A stretch of 64,000 nucleotides of DNA from Takakia lepidozioides (taxonomy: Eukaryota > Plantae > Bryophyta), in contig CM060733.1 of assembly GCA_030704615.1 (NCBI GenBank), positions 2,356,001 to 2,420,000 on the forward strand, read 5' to 3'. The notes under the pieces were generated by a model. That model was not told the origin of the DNA. It did no database searches and was given only the letters and a program-made list of their open reading frames with translations. A program made the position numbers and the translations under genes. Positions 11,481 to 24,061 of this stretch are shown here, in pieces. Each line of letters starts with the position of its first letter. Positions within the stretch are counted from its first letter, which is position 1.

Positions 11481-14400
11481 TGGCCTACTTGGAACCCATG
11501 AATTTAATAACCTCCACTGGGCAGTGGAGGTCCAGTAAAATCCTATTACTGGACTGAAGATTAACTGAAGGAAAGAAAGTCTTGCCACCGAAAGGAGAAA
11601 CTTTAAGTATAATTTTTTCGACTATTTTGAATGAGAAAACAATATGGATTGAAAAAATAAAGTCAATGTTTGGATCTACACTGGGACTGATAAAAAACAA
11701 TTGGAATTAAATTGGAGTATGAGGGCGGAGTAAAGACTACATCTATCAGAACTGTCAGATGAAGTCACAAATGCCAACCTCCACTGGGCAGTGGAGGTTG
11801 GATGATATCTGTTGATGAAATCAACCACATGGATGAACAATGGATAATGAAGAAGCCCTATGTAGATGAAAAAGTGATTCTATGGATGGATGAATAATAA
11901 TGTGGCGACTGACCAGTGGAGGTTTGGGAGTAACTTTAGACAAACAAAAGTAAGTTTAGCTGGTGCACATGGAGAGTACACAAAAAATTGAGTATCATAC
12001 TATCCTACGTGAGAAATGTGCAGTTGACACCTGAGACTAAGGAAGCAGGGAGAGACTCAGAGGCTGCTTCAGAAGTACCCTATGGGCAGAGTGGTGCAGG
12101 ACAGGCAAAGAGGTACACGTTGTCCAGAGGTGCAGGATGTCCAAAGAGGTGCGTGAGAGAAAAGAAGCAAGTGAGAGGTTCAAAGTGGGAAGTTGGTGTT
12201 GTGTGGATTCGGACGTTATATAGAGGTGACATGTAACTTTCATCTTTTAATCGCTCCAATGGCAGTGTGGTATGCTTTCTCTCCCGGATCGATTGTGGCC
12301 ACCGTGGATTAAGGCGGAATTGAACGGCTTATTTCAACTCGCGAAATCTCGGCTTCATTGAAAGTGTGCACAATTTTCCATTTATTGACAGCAGCCATTG
12401 TCACATTAATTATGGAACAAACGATAACGGCCGCGATCAGACTGAATTCTATCGTACTTGTACGTTAGTAGGACTACAAGTCTGGCATCATTATCGTGCG
12501 GCTCTGACAGCAGACTCTGGAATAAGCGTGAAGGATGTCGATTCTGACAAGTGGCCTGGAGAAATGAGGTCAGGCGGCTAATCGCCACAACTAATTCGGG
12601 ACTGCACATTAACAATCGATCATTATAATTAGCTGGGATGAATCCGGAGGTGAACCATAAAGCACTTTGAGATTGTTCTGTTTATATTTATCGTGCTTTT
12701 ACAGTGAATAAAACACTTGGGCGGGGCGGGGCATTACATGCCGGCGCATTGCATTGGACAGCGAGGGCGGTGCATTACAGGTGTGTGGAATGCTCTGTCG
12801 TGCCTTGCTTGCTTGCACATGTTTAATGTAGGGATGGACCCCTCGTGTCGGGTATCCCTCGATAAATGGGCAGTCCCTATGGTGGCTCTGGACCTTAAAT
12901 CGAGGAATGCTCAACACGAGGGGCCATCTACTATCCTTAAAGCCGTATGTTGTCAGGGAATATTGACGCCTGGCGGCTAACAGCCGAAAGTAATTGTGGA
13001 CGGCTCAATATAAGACAATGATTATACAGTGTGACGAATCCGTAGGTACAGCATTGTGTCCTCTGGCAGATTGAGTTCGAAACGACTGCCTAGGCGTGTC
13101 ACGTGGGTGGTTACATGTGCGTTTGGGGCGTGGGTTAAGGTTTGTTGGCTTCGAATCTATTTTAAGATTTTTGTAAGCGTGAGGGTTGCAGAGTCTGACC
13201 AATGGCGTCATTACAATCATTTCGTCCTTTTTTCATTCGTCTATCCAGTCGTCTGTCCAAACGTGTGTGCATTCGTGGAACAAAAGTTGAACTAATTTCA
13301 TCTGTGTGGATTGACAGTATTAATGTTAGTTTGCGTGGATGGGGCAGAACATCCATTTGGGCCGCGCGACCGTTCGATTTTGGACGGAGGCGATGGTTCA
13401 GATCATCCTTGAAGGTCACTTATAAGGGGTGCGCTCTTTGAGCCCGGCCTTTGGGCTTCCCATTTTCTACGCGTAAGCGCTGCGCGAGTGAGAGCTTAAC
13501 AGTTGAGAGAGGAGAGCATGAAAGAGAAGAGTTTTGGAGCTTGTTTTGCAGCGACTGGACACTGGAGCGTGGAGAGAAAGAGCAGACTTGGCCGAGTGCA
13601 GAGAGAGGAGAGAGTGAAAGGTGAAAGAGTGAAATAGGCGAAATTTGAAGAGCGGGGAGGAGAGACCGGACAGTGGCGAGTGGAGATTGCCGAGTGTAGA
13701 GGCGAGAGCACAGTGCAATTACCGGCAGGCGGAGGTGCGGAAGAGAGTATCAAACGAAGGACTGTGGTTGCAGGGGCACCAAAATGGACGGCACAAGCAG
13801 GTACCATTCTCTGCTGCACTGCACTGTCTTCAGTGCTTCAGTCCGTGCTTTAGTGCACATTAGGTTTCTGTTTCATTATTTGCTTCGTTGTTTGCTTCAA
13901 TGCTGTTTCATTCTCTGTCAATTCATTTCACTCCTGCTCCATTCTGTGCTTCAGTGCATTCCTGCGTCATTGCTTCACTGTTGTTTTTCAATTCAACGAT
14001 GGTTTGTAGGGTGGTTTTGTGTGCAATTGGGTTTGTGTGTGCTTGTTCTGGTCGATTAGGGTAATGGTTTAGGGTTGCGGGAGATTACCGTGCTGGTTGT
14101 ATTGCTTGTTTTGTTCATTGTGGTGGTTTATTGAGGACAGTGGTTTCGGAAATGCTCGGATGTTTATTTCTCAACCGTTTTCTTGATCCCCAAATCCAGC
14201 GTTAGTTGATGCATTTCTTCCCATTCAAATTCGATTCTGAATGGAAATTTTTATTTCTTATCCAATTATGTCGAATTCGGCAATTCTGAAAAACCACGAT
14301 AGCCTAGTCTACTTGTATTCTACAGTAGACATATGCTAACAGTAGGCTTCGTGCAGGCCAGAGTAGAGTATTCGTAGACCCATGTCATGCACATGAGCAA

Positions 14401-17400
14401 CCAGAAACTGGAACCTCCACTGCCCAGTGGAGGTTCGCGTGAATTCTGTATGCGGAAGCTGAAAGGCATTTTTTTAAAGTAAGGATGAAATCGGATAATT
14501 ACGGAAAATTTGAAATCAGTTTGAGACGATGTGGGAACGAGTGATGGAATCATATGTGTAACATTGTAAGTGTGACACATACTTTCCAACGAGACTGGGA
14601 TACGATAATTGGGAACCTCCACTACCCAGTGGAGGTTCGATATTTCTTTGGGTCAGCCAGTTACACACTCTGATTAGTTTTTGTGTCAGAATGAGAAAGA
14701 GGAACGAGGGTGGGGAACCAGTGTCTGACGATGAGTACAAGACAGCCAGATTAAATTGGAGCAAGAGACGGTGTTTGGTAGACGTGAAGGAAGCGGACCG
14801 TCCAGATCAAAAACATGGTGTTTCGGAACCAGATGAAAAATCCAGTTGGGGGTCTACCGAGCCGAACAAAGTGTCTATCAATGACGAAAATGTGACTGTA
14901 GAATCCCCGCGGAATGCATCCGAATCTCCGAACAATACACCTGAAGTCATCTGTAAGGATACCCTGGCGGAAATAAGAGAAAGCGTTCATGTAAACAATG
15001 ATATCAACGGATCTCCTGCCTACTCCCAAGATTATCCGACATACACCCCTTCAGACTATTCCCCAGACACATTGGCGGCGATACGAGTGACCGTTTTTGG
15101 ATATCCAGCATCTCCGGGTTACTCGCCAGCATCTCCTGAATCCACATCAGGATCTGAAGGATATTATCCTCCAAACTTCCTCCTGGACACTGAAACGAGC
15201 GGGGGAGTCCTGGAACTACTGGACGTCTCCGGATCTCCAGGGTACTTCCCTACGTTTCCTGATAGTATCATCGGATCCCCAAAATATACCCCTCCAAACT
15301 ATTCGCCTGATACACTCACAGAGATACGGCCACAAATATCTCCAATCAATCCCGGGATGCAATCTGGTGGTGTAGGATGTCTTCTGTTACAACCAAACAC
15401 AAATTCATTAGATAATCAAATAACATGATCTCTCTTACTAGCATCCATCATTCCAGAAATGAGAACCTCCACTGGACAGTGGAGGTTCGTATGTACAAGT
15501 CTTTCTACATGAAATGGGAAATCCTCCATATTTTACAGATGTTGAAGAAAAAAACTTTAATGAAAATGAGGCTCAGGAGCCATTGAGTACATCATCCTGA
15601 ACAGGACTAATCTACAATAGAAATCTTCGAACCTAATTCGTCCAAAATATACTAAGGAACTTCTCGCACTATATTCAGACGATTCTAGATTATATAACCA
15701 AGAACTATATAATGCTCCATCGTGCCTGTCGGTACACCTCCTGATCACAAACTGTCTTTTCATTTCAGAAGTCTTGGAGTAATAACAGACTTAAAATACG
15801 CAGAAGCTCTCGATATAGAGCTTGAATCTGAAAAGGAAAACCCGATGTTGATTTTGTTCCTGCATAAGGATGCGAGAACCCCCAGGACGTTTGGTTTCAA
15901 AGTGGAGGTGGGTCGTTTGAACAAGTCGTTGATGAGTAAATGTGTTGCACTGGGTTTTAGATTTCCAGACGAGGGCTCAGTATTTACAGACGTAGGTTTG
16001 TCGAGGACCTGGAGTATTTTTCTGGATCTTCTGCACGCAATGGGGAACGACATTCGCAAGCACTACAAAGAAGCATCAAAGCCGAAGAAGGGAAAACGCA
16101 AGTCGTCGACAGCCGGCAATGATAACAATGAGGCCGGGACTTCCGCAGGAAAGAAGAAACAGAAGGAGGATCAGGATCCAGCATTGATGTCAGATAACAA
16201 GAGACCTAAAGCTGGGGAGATTTTTGACAAGGAAAAATGCGAGAAGATGGAGGAGAGGCTCACGAAGGAATACAATGATGTATTTCCATTCGGATTCGAG
16301 AGTACCTTCCTTGTGAAGGTTTCCATGATGGAACTAGCTCCAAGAAGCATGGTTTACAGGCCGTTAAATATCAAGCATAAGGACGAAGTGAAAGCGCGAC
16401 TCTTCCAACTTCATTTGTTCGACTCCAAACATCCGGTGTATCTTGCGCCAATCAACCCTTCCAATCCTGAGAAGATTGCTTCATCGTGACCGAAGCAATG
16501 GAAGGAGATGGACGTATCAAGGTTCTTCGTAATTGGTGGACAACACACCATCGTGGTAACAAAGGTAATGGACTTCATTTCCTCCCAGACCTCTCTTTTA
16601 ACGAACCTCCACTGGGCAGTGGAGGTTGGTGTTGAACTACAAAATTGGATATGTCCCCACACTTTCAACTTTCTCACCCATTTTACATTAACTGTAGCAG
16701 GAACTTCTCGAGGATCTTGCCGACAACGAACTAAAGGAATACTACCGGGAGTGGCTTGCGAAGATTGTATGGTCTACCGATGAACAAAGGCTCCTGAAGT
16801 TGTCAAAACTCCTCAACGATCCCAATAAGGCGCAAAAGTTTGATACAACAATGCCGGAGAAAGTTGCGCATGCGCAAATGTTATTCAACCTGAGGGGGAA
16901 GCCAAAGAAATACAACGATCACACCACAAAGTCCGAGACGAAACAATGGAAGGTATGCATTTATGGAATCAAAATCTACTATTCACATTCATTTTATGCT
17001 AAAGAATACTTCTGTTGTCGGAGTGACAACTAATTTATCCCTGAATGAATGTGCAGGAGTTCATGTTTGCCTGTCATTTGATACTAGAAATGGGTAGCAT
17101 TAAGGAGGCAATGGTCCTGGTACTTTGCGACGACGACGTTTGGAAGATCTGGGAAGATGTTTTCAAAAACTGGGAGCAGGGAAAGCTACTCGACCCGCTT
17201 GGGATACAGTACAAGGGTGAACAGCAACAGCTCACGAAATCTGCTATCGCAAAGCTGCAAGGGTTGAATAGATGGCAGCTGATAAAAGTTGCGCAGAAAA
17301 TCTTGGACCTGAAATTGACCATTCGAGATTACAAAGGTCAAGACAAATCAATTCAAGGCATGAACAAGTACATAGATGACATGAAAATGCGCCGGTTTAT

Positions 17401-20073
17401 TGTCGACAATGTGATGGAAGTGTTGGGGTGGCCTCGGAGGAACAAACAGTGCACGGAACCGTACACTAAGGACGAGTGGCGTGAAGTGAAGAGAAAATAC
17501 CACTTCAATAAGGCAGAGTTCTCAACATTAAAAGACAAACTGGGGACGGATTACATCCAAAGCAAGATCAAGATGAACATGGAGACAAAACCACTCACGG
17601 CCGCTTTTGTTAAGTACGTCTCCTCCATCAAGAAAGCTTATGAGGATAGAGAGGATGCCATGGCGATTATTTCAGCGAGTTTCAAGACTCATTACGCTAT
17701 CATGGGTGAAGAAACAAAATTCGCCGATGCCAAGTCCCGTTTGCGACTCGCACCGAAGAAACGGTTTGACAACATAGCGATGGTGTTCGTCAATACAGTT
17801 TTTGAAGACAACTCTATCGTATTTGAGTCCAACGATTATGTGAACATACTGGAGGCCTTTGTGGCTTAGAAAATGAACACGAGTGCTTTTGTTTTCTTCT
17901 CGATGCAACCGTCCTCGGCCAATCTGGTCTCCTACATCCAAAATGGTCCTGGAAGAACATCGTATCTTGTCCGTCAGGGTTTTTATGTTCCGGGAGAGTA
18001 TGAAAATATTTACAAAAACAACACGATAATGTAATTGAATTTAAATTAATTTTAAGCCAATAAATAGGTTTGCACTGCCTTTCATTGGGGGTTTCTGGCA
18101 CGTATCGATTTTGTTTTTGGCTCAATTTTGTTCTGCGGCTTCCAGCATCCCACCACTACTCCCCCGCCAAAATTCGGACCAATAAAAAATGCCCCCAAAA
18201 AAAAGTGTTCTCTTCGCTCACTATTGCATAACTCTCTATGAGGAGTGCATGAAGTTGAACACAAATCAAGTTTGGAGTGCAAAACTGTGGTTTTGGGTCC
18301 AAATGAATTATGTTCGCTCCCAAATTGGGCACGCACGTTGCATATGGCTACATTACACGCCCCATTCAAAAACCGAATGAAAAAAAATCGTGAGCACGCG
18401 AAACACAGTCCAACAGGTCCCAAAGCAATAGCAGATCTCGGACTGTACTGTGTCTGGACTATGTTTTTGCAGCGACACTTGAGGAGATGAAGAATCCGGA
18501 TGAGCACATCTCTACCGTACTGTTAATCGAGCCAATACAGCCGATTCTGGAAGGGCCCTCTGAGAAGCCATCAGCTTTTGAAGAAGAGTGCAGGACTTAA
18601 AATCATGAGCTACGAGCTGACACATACGACTATTTGGCCTCCATGTTTTGTCGAGACGGGATGTCCGCTGTCAACATCTTCGGAGGCGTGATGTTGACGT
18701 ACGCCCTTCATGTAAGTGTAAAACCTTTTTGCATTTTAAATACGAATTTTACATTTTTGATCGAACACGTCCTCTATTTTACTGACTGGGTTTATCTGCA
18801 GGCAAGAAACATTCAAGTGTTTGACATCAACCACTCAACCAAGAAAAAGTTTTGCAAAGGAAAAGTTGAAGCGAATTTTAAGAAGCTTCAAATTGAGAAT
18901 GACAATGTTGCTGAAGAGGTTGACGGCGGAGACGATGATGAGGATGAGGAGGAGGAAGATGAAGACTTGGAAGAAGGAGGCGGACATTCCGAACACGTAG
19001 AGGAGGACGAGGGCATCGATGGTAACGGGGACAACGAGGGCCACGATGGTGACAAATGCAGACCATTGGGAGGCTGGACACCTAGATGTGATTCAGGACT
19101 TCAGAACTCAGTCACAGGATGGTATTGAGAACATCACCCAAGACGTTGCGGTCCACAATGTCGTGATTCTGGATGGGGATTCGTCAAGTTCAAGCGAGAG
19201 AACTAAGAGTAATCCTGCTTCACCATCAAGGGGTGCGGAGGCGAGCTCAATCGAGGTGCGCAACAATTTTATTGGGAGTGCAGACGACTGGTTCAAACCT
19301 GTAGAAGGGGACGAGCCGGTGCCAATGTCCCCGTCTCCCGCGAAAGAGATGGTAGAGAGAGCGAGGACAAAGAGCCCGTGTCCCACAAAAGATAGCGGAC
19401 ACAGAGGGAGGACTAAAAGCCCGTCCCTCGCAAAAATGGACAGTGGTGACAGAGCCAGGACTAAAAGCCCGTCTCCAAGAAAAAACAGCGGAGGCAGAGG
19501 CCAAACTCAGAGCCCAACTCGCTCTCAAAGTGTCTCCCAACATGTCAATTTGGATGTAGGTAACGAATGACACCTGGAGATTTATGGTGTCTTTAAGCAT
19601 TATAAATGGAACAAATTGTGTGTATTGCATCTGCTTGTGTTCTGGTTGTGTTTTTGGCAATACCTGATCTGTATCTTAATATTTTCCACCTTCTTGAAAT
19701 TTACATGTGACTGACGGTAAGAAAACTCGTATAGATCCATGAACGGAAACTGGAGGAAATCACACAAACTCGGACAGAATCCATCGCGACTCAAACAGTG
19801 AAGAGGCAGGTGGACTTAACAATAAGGGCCAGCTCAACTGATCCGGTCAAACAAACAACCTCCACTGCCCAGTCGACGTTGCGAGATGGAGGAGATGAGC
19901 TGGAGATGGTTGTTGCTCACCGCGAAGGAAAAGAGAGCAAGCAGCAACATCAGCAAATTCGGAACCCCTCCCCGAAACGGGTATACACCTCATAACCATC
20001 TTAGCTATGTTCTTCTTTGTCCTTCTTCTAGTTTTCAAAATAAATTAATTGTTCTGTTATTCCACAGGATGAT

Positions 20074-20810
20074 ATGATTCACCCTCCAATCGACTATCAC
20101 AAATCTGTGAACCCACAGGATTGGTATCGCCTCTCTGAGGGACCGAAAGGATCTCGACCAGGATACTACGTCCTGGTTCTTGACGTCGGTTACCTTGGTG
20201 AGGTTTACCTCCGAGATGGCCCGACATCCCCTCCCGCAACCCATCCTTGTGTGTGCGCTGGAAAATTCAAGCTTGCAGTCCGAAATGGGTTGGACGACTT
20301 CCTGAAATGGGTCCTTAAGCATTTTGAGGTCTACTTTTGGAACACTGGACCATTAGAAAATGTCCTGGATATAGGGCTGGCTTTGTTTGGAAGAAGGTTT
20401 TACAAGGTCAGGGAATTCAGCAATGAGAACTGCGTGAAGCATAGACAGACGTTTAGTGCCGAATGGCCCAAATATCCGAAAGCGCCAATATATCTTAAAC
20501 GTCTCTACGACCTTTTCACTGTAGACGACCCTGTAGCGTACAAATCAAACACACTTCTTATCGACACTGTAGAAAATATGTATAAGTCGTACTTGAATCC
20601 AAAGTCGCTCGGTCTCTTCCCTCCAAAATATAAAGCGCTCGTCGACCCATACAATGACAGGTTTCTTCTGGATGAACTCAAACCGCACCTGGAAGAGTTG
20701 CGGTTATCCGGAAAAGATGCTGATATATTCAATGTGGAAAAACCCATAGGATGTCCACCGTATAATGACCCAAAGGTCAAATGCCTCTTGCTATGGGATT
20801 TGCAGTGGCA
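20074..20810 (+). CDS. FCP1/NIF-like HAD phosphatase domain 1 (exon of cargo gene)
   Basis: VLVLDV, VRNGLDDFLKWVLKHFEVYFWNT, YLKRL, SNTLLID motifs; DxDxT degenerate. Confidence 0.75.
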
Positions 20811-20984
20811 GGTTTATCTTAGAAAACAAAAATTTCCTAACGCTTCATTGGAACAGTTTGAAACGTAGATGGCTGCTCTAGATTTTCATGAACCTCGACT
20901 GTCCAGTGGACGTTGCTCCCAATGTCAATCCTGTCCTTGGTTTATCTTGATTACCACCTGAGTGGATGTATGAATTTCTCACAG

Positions 20985-21715
20985 ATTGCAGCACCAGTTT
21001 CTCCAGTTGCGAAAGGATTGCGCTTGAATTTTTTTGACCTGAATGGAGTTTTGTGCAAAGTCTTGAAGCACCAGAAAGCTACAGTGTCCCCCAAATGTCC
21101 GAGACAGACTACATGATACCAGCTCTTGTTGGATTTCGACTTGTCTATAGGCGGGAAAAATATCGTGAGATGTGGACAGAGTTGAACAAACATTTCCGTT
21201 TAGGTATATGGAGCTGCATGATGTACAAGAACTTGCAGCCTATACTGGACTTTATGCTTCGGGGTCTTCCTCAACCGACATTCGTTATGTCTCAGGAAGA
21301 TTGTATCTCCTGTCCTACTTCTGTCCACCCTCAATTTATATCAGGATACGACCCGCCGAGTCTGTTCTTGAAGCCATTGATGATGGTCTGGCAAAGATTT
21401 GGTGGTCAGTACAACCTGAGTAACACTCTACTTATTGACGATTCAGCTATTAAGTGTGTGTTGAACCCGCCTGAATCCTGTCTGATTCTAAAATCGTTTT
21501 GAATCCGTTGAGACGGACTCTTGCTATCTCCAGAAGGTTCTTCAGATTATTTGCTTGAAATGAAGAAATCTCGCACCGTTTCCAGTTATCTCAGGGAAAA
21601 GAGGATAGGACTTAAGCTTTGTCAGAATGTTTCCACCGATCCCAAGTTTAAGCCTCTCCTGGATTATGTTGATGATTCTAATTACGGGAATCTCCGATAT
21701 GATGCTTCAAAATAA
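20985..21715 (+). CDS. FCP1/NIF-like domain 2 (frameshifted)
   Basis: FFDLNGVLC, HFRLGIWSC, FVMSQEDC, FLKPL, SNTLLIDDSAIKCVLNP. Confidence 0.8.
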
Positions 21716-23346
21716 AGATTTTATTGATCAACCACGTCTGTGATTCAATGTTTATTTTTGATTGGTTTTTTTATAGGTTGTATTGTTTTTCTAGAAAAAC
21801 TGTTGTGTACTGTGATTTCCTTTTCAATATGAATTGACATGGAATTGTTTGCTATTTCCTAGTCTCATCCAAGCGTTTCTCCACCCCATACCATCCCGAT
21901 CCTCTGAGATACAGGCCTTCTCCGAAACTCGTCTCGGGGGCTTTTTCAAATCCGACAACCTCCACAGTGCAGTGGAGGTTATCCCGTGTCTGTACATTGA
22001 CCTTGTAAGTTCATTTCTGCAGGTTCATGGCGATGCTGCTGATGCCAACTTCTTGTCGGGACCTCCATTGGAATCCTCCATATCAGAAATTCGTCTACAG
22101 AGGGACAACATTCACACTACTGTTGAGATTTCTGTCATCGACGGTGAAGCATCATCCAGGCACTTGGCTTCCCTTCAATTGCACGACCCTCTTCTTCAGT
22201 CCATTCCTGAAAATGTTGTTCTGTCGCATGATTGTTTAGGATTGAAATGTTGAAGATGGAAGACAACTTGACAAATGTGCAGGGGATTTCGTGGACCTCA
22301 CTCTACAATCCTCACCCTCCATGTTAAGTGTCAATGGTGTGAAATCTACCTCAAGAATGTCATCCGTTGAGGACGCGGCTGAGGCTGCGGCTCCGCAGCA
22401 CAATGTTGCCTCTCTTCCCTCCTTCTCTCCCAAGCAAGAAGGTTGGACATCCCAAATCAGAAGGAGTCAGGTAAAATTACTTATATCTGAATTCTAACTC
22501 GTCCTTTTGTTTTCCTTAGTACTGGGTCTGATGTTCTTGTTTTACTCCAGGCCAGAAAATCTGCGGATTGTGACCTTCCTGTCAAACGACGTCTTCATTG
22601 GAAATCTGTTCCGAGGTAATCCCTTCGTTACGTGTGAATTCCATTCAGGATGTGGAGTGCTCAAGGGACAATTTCCATTCCGTTCCCCTTCTCCGAAACC
22701 CTTTCGACGAGGACAAGGACGAAACTTCAATTGCAACTTCTGGGCTTCCCGACCCTGCAGTGTTGGCGTAATGTTCTGCACCGAGGAAGCGGAATAGGGT
22801 CCCCAAACCATTTCCATCTCTTCTATAAATCGGTTCCACCGGAGAGAAATCCTTCGTCAGAGACAAAACAGACTCGAGGAAGAAAAGGAATACCTCGGAC
22901 ATACCGGGGTCTCGTCAAAACACGTCCATTGGGATGCCAAGCCCGCCAGCGAGACTTTCCAATAAGGCGACATCGGTATTATTCGATATCATTTCTCCAC
23001 TTTTTTCTTTTTTCTGTTCGTTTGGTTATGCACTAATTAACTCCATCTTTTCTCAACAGGCGGGGATGCAGAACGATACCTTCATCAATTTCCCTCCGTA
23101 CAAGGTACTTTCCTGAACCTCCACTTGGCAGTCGACGTTCCTCTTCTTAGCAATATTCACTCTCCTCTTGAAACATTCCAAGCCCACAACATTGTGCAGT
23201 ATTTTGCCATTTTCTGCACAATCGTGTTGATCTTCCATACACTCAATCATTCTGGGTTGTGGGTATTTTTCATGGCAGAAACACTAATGTCAGTGTGTGA
23301 TTAACCTGCTCAGGATAACTTTGTCTCTCATCCTTTACATGCAACA

Positions 23347-24061
23347 GTGTGGAAGAGGAAACTGATGTTGTTAATTTTGAGTGTCAACGGACTCCTCTGC
23401 TACCGGCCACCCCCAACCGGCGGTGCACTGTTTAAGGAGAAATTTCGTTTCAGGAATGTGACACTTCAAGTTCCTGACATACGGTTTGTGGTGCCTCGGC
23501 CTGGAGTCTTGGAGTTTCTGGACCTTGCATTGAAGCATTTTCACGTGGCCATTTGGTCATGTGCCGATAGAGGTGTTCTTTGTAGGATGTTGGAGAGCTT
23601 CGTCCCCAAAATAACGAAGAAGTTTTGCTTCATATGGTCTGCTGAGGATTGTAAGGATACCACCGGTTATATCAGGCCCGGGATGAAATATCTCGTAAAG
23701 GATATTCGAAGTGTTATTGTCAGGTACCCTGGTAGACCGTTTGCTACGCAGGGGCAAATACTTCTTGTAGATGATGAGCCATCAAAAGGCCTGCGAAACC
23801 CACAAAATACTGGATTCTTCCCTTTCTCATTCAAGCCTTCACCAAACGGATTGCATGACCGGGATGATATGACAAAAGCAGTGTGGCCATATATATCGGA
23901 GTTGGCTGGAGCTTCAACAGTCGTTGATTACATTAGCGAGAACCGGGCAAAGTGTTCTCATAAGCCTATTGGTCGAGACCATGTTTGCTGGGCCTGGTAT
24001 GGAAGATATCTTGATCCTCGTATTTGGATCCCACAACAAAAAGAACTTGATTACCTTGGTA
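23347..24061 (+). CDS. FCP1/NIF-like domain 3
   Basis: LILSVNGLLC, PRPGVLEFL, HFHVAIWSCA, FIWSAEDC, LVKDI, ILLVDDEPSK. Confidence 0.8.
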
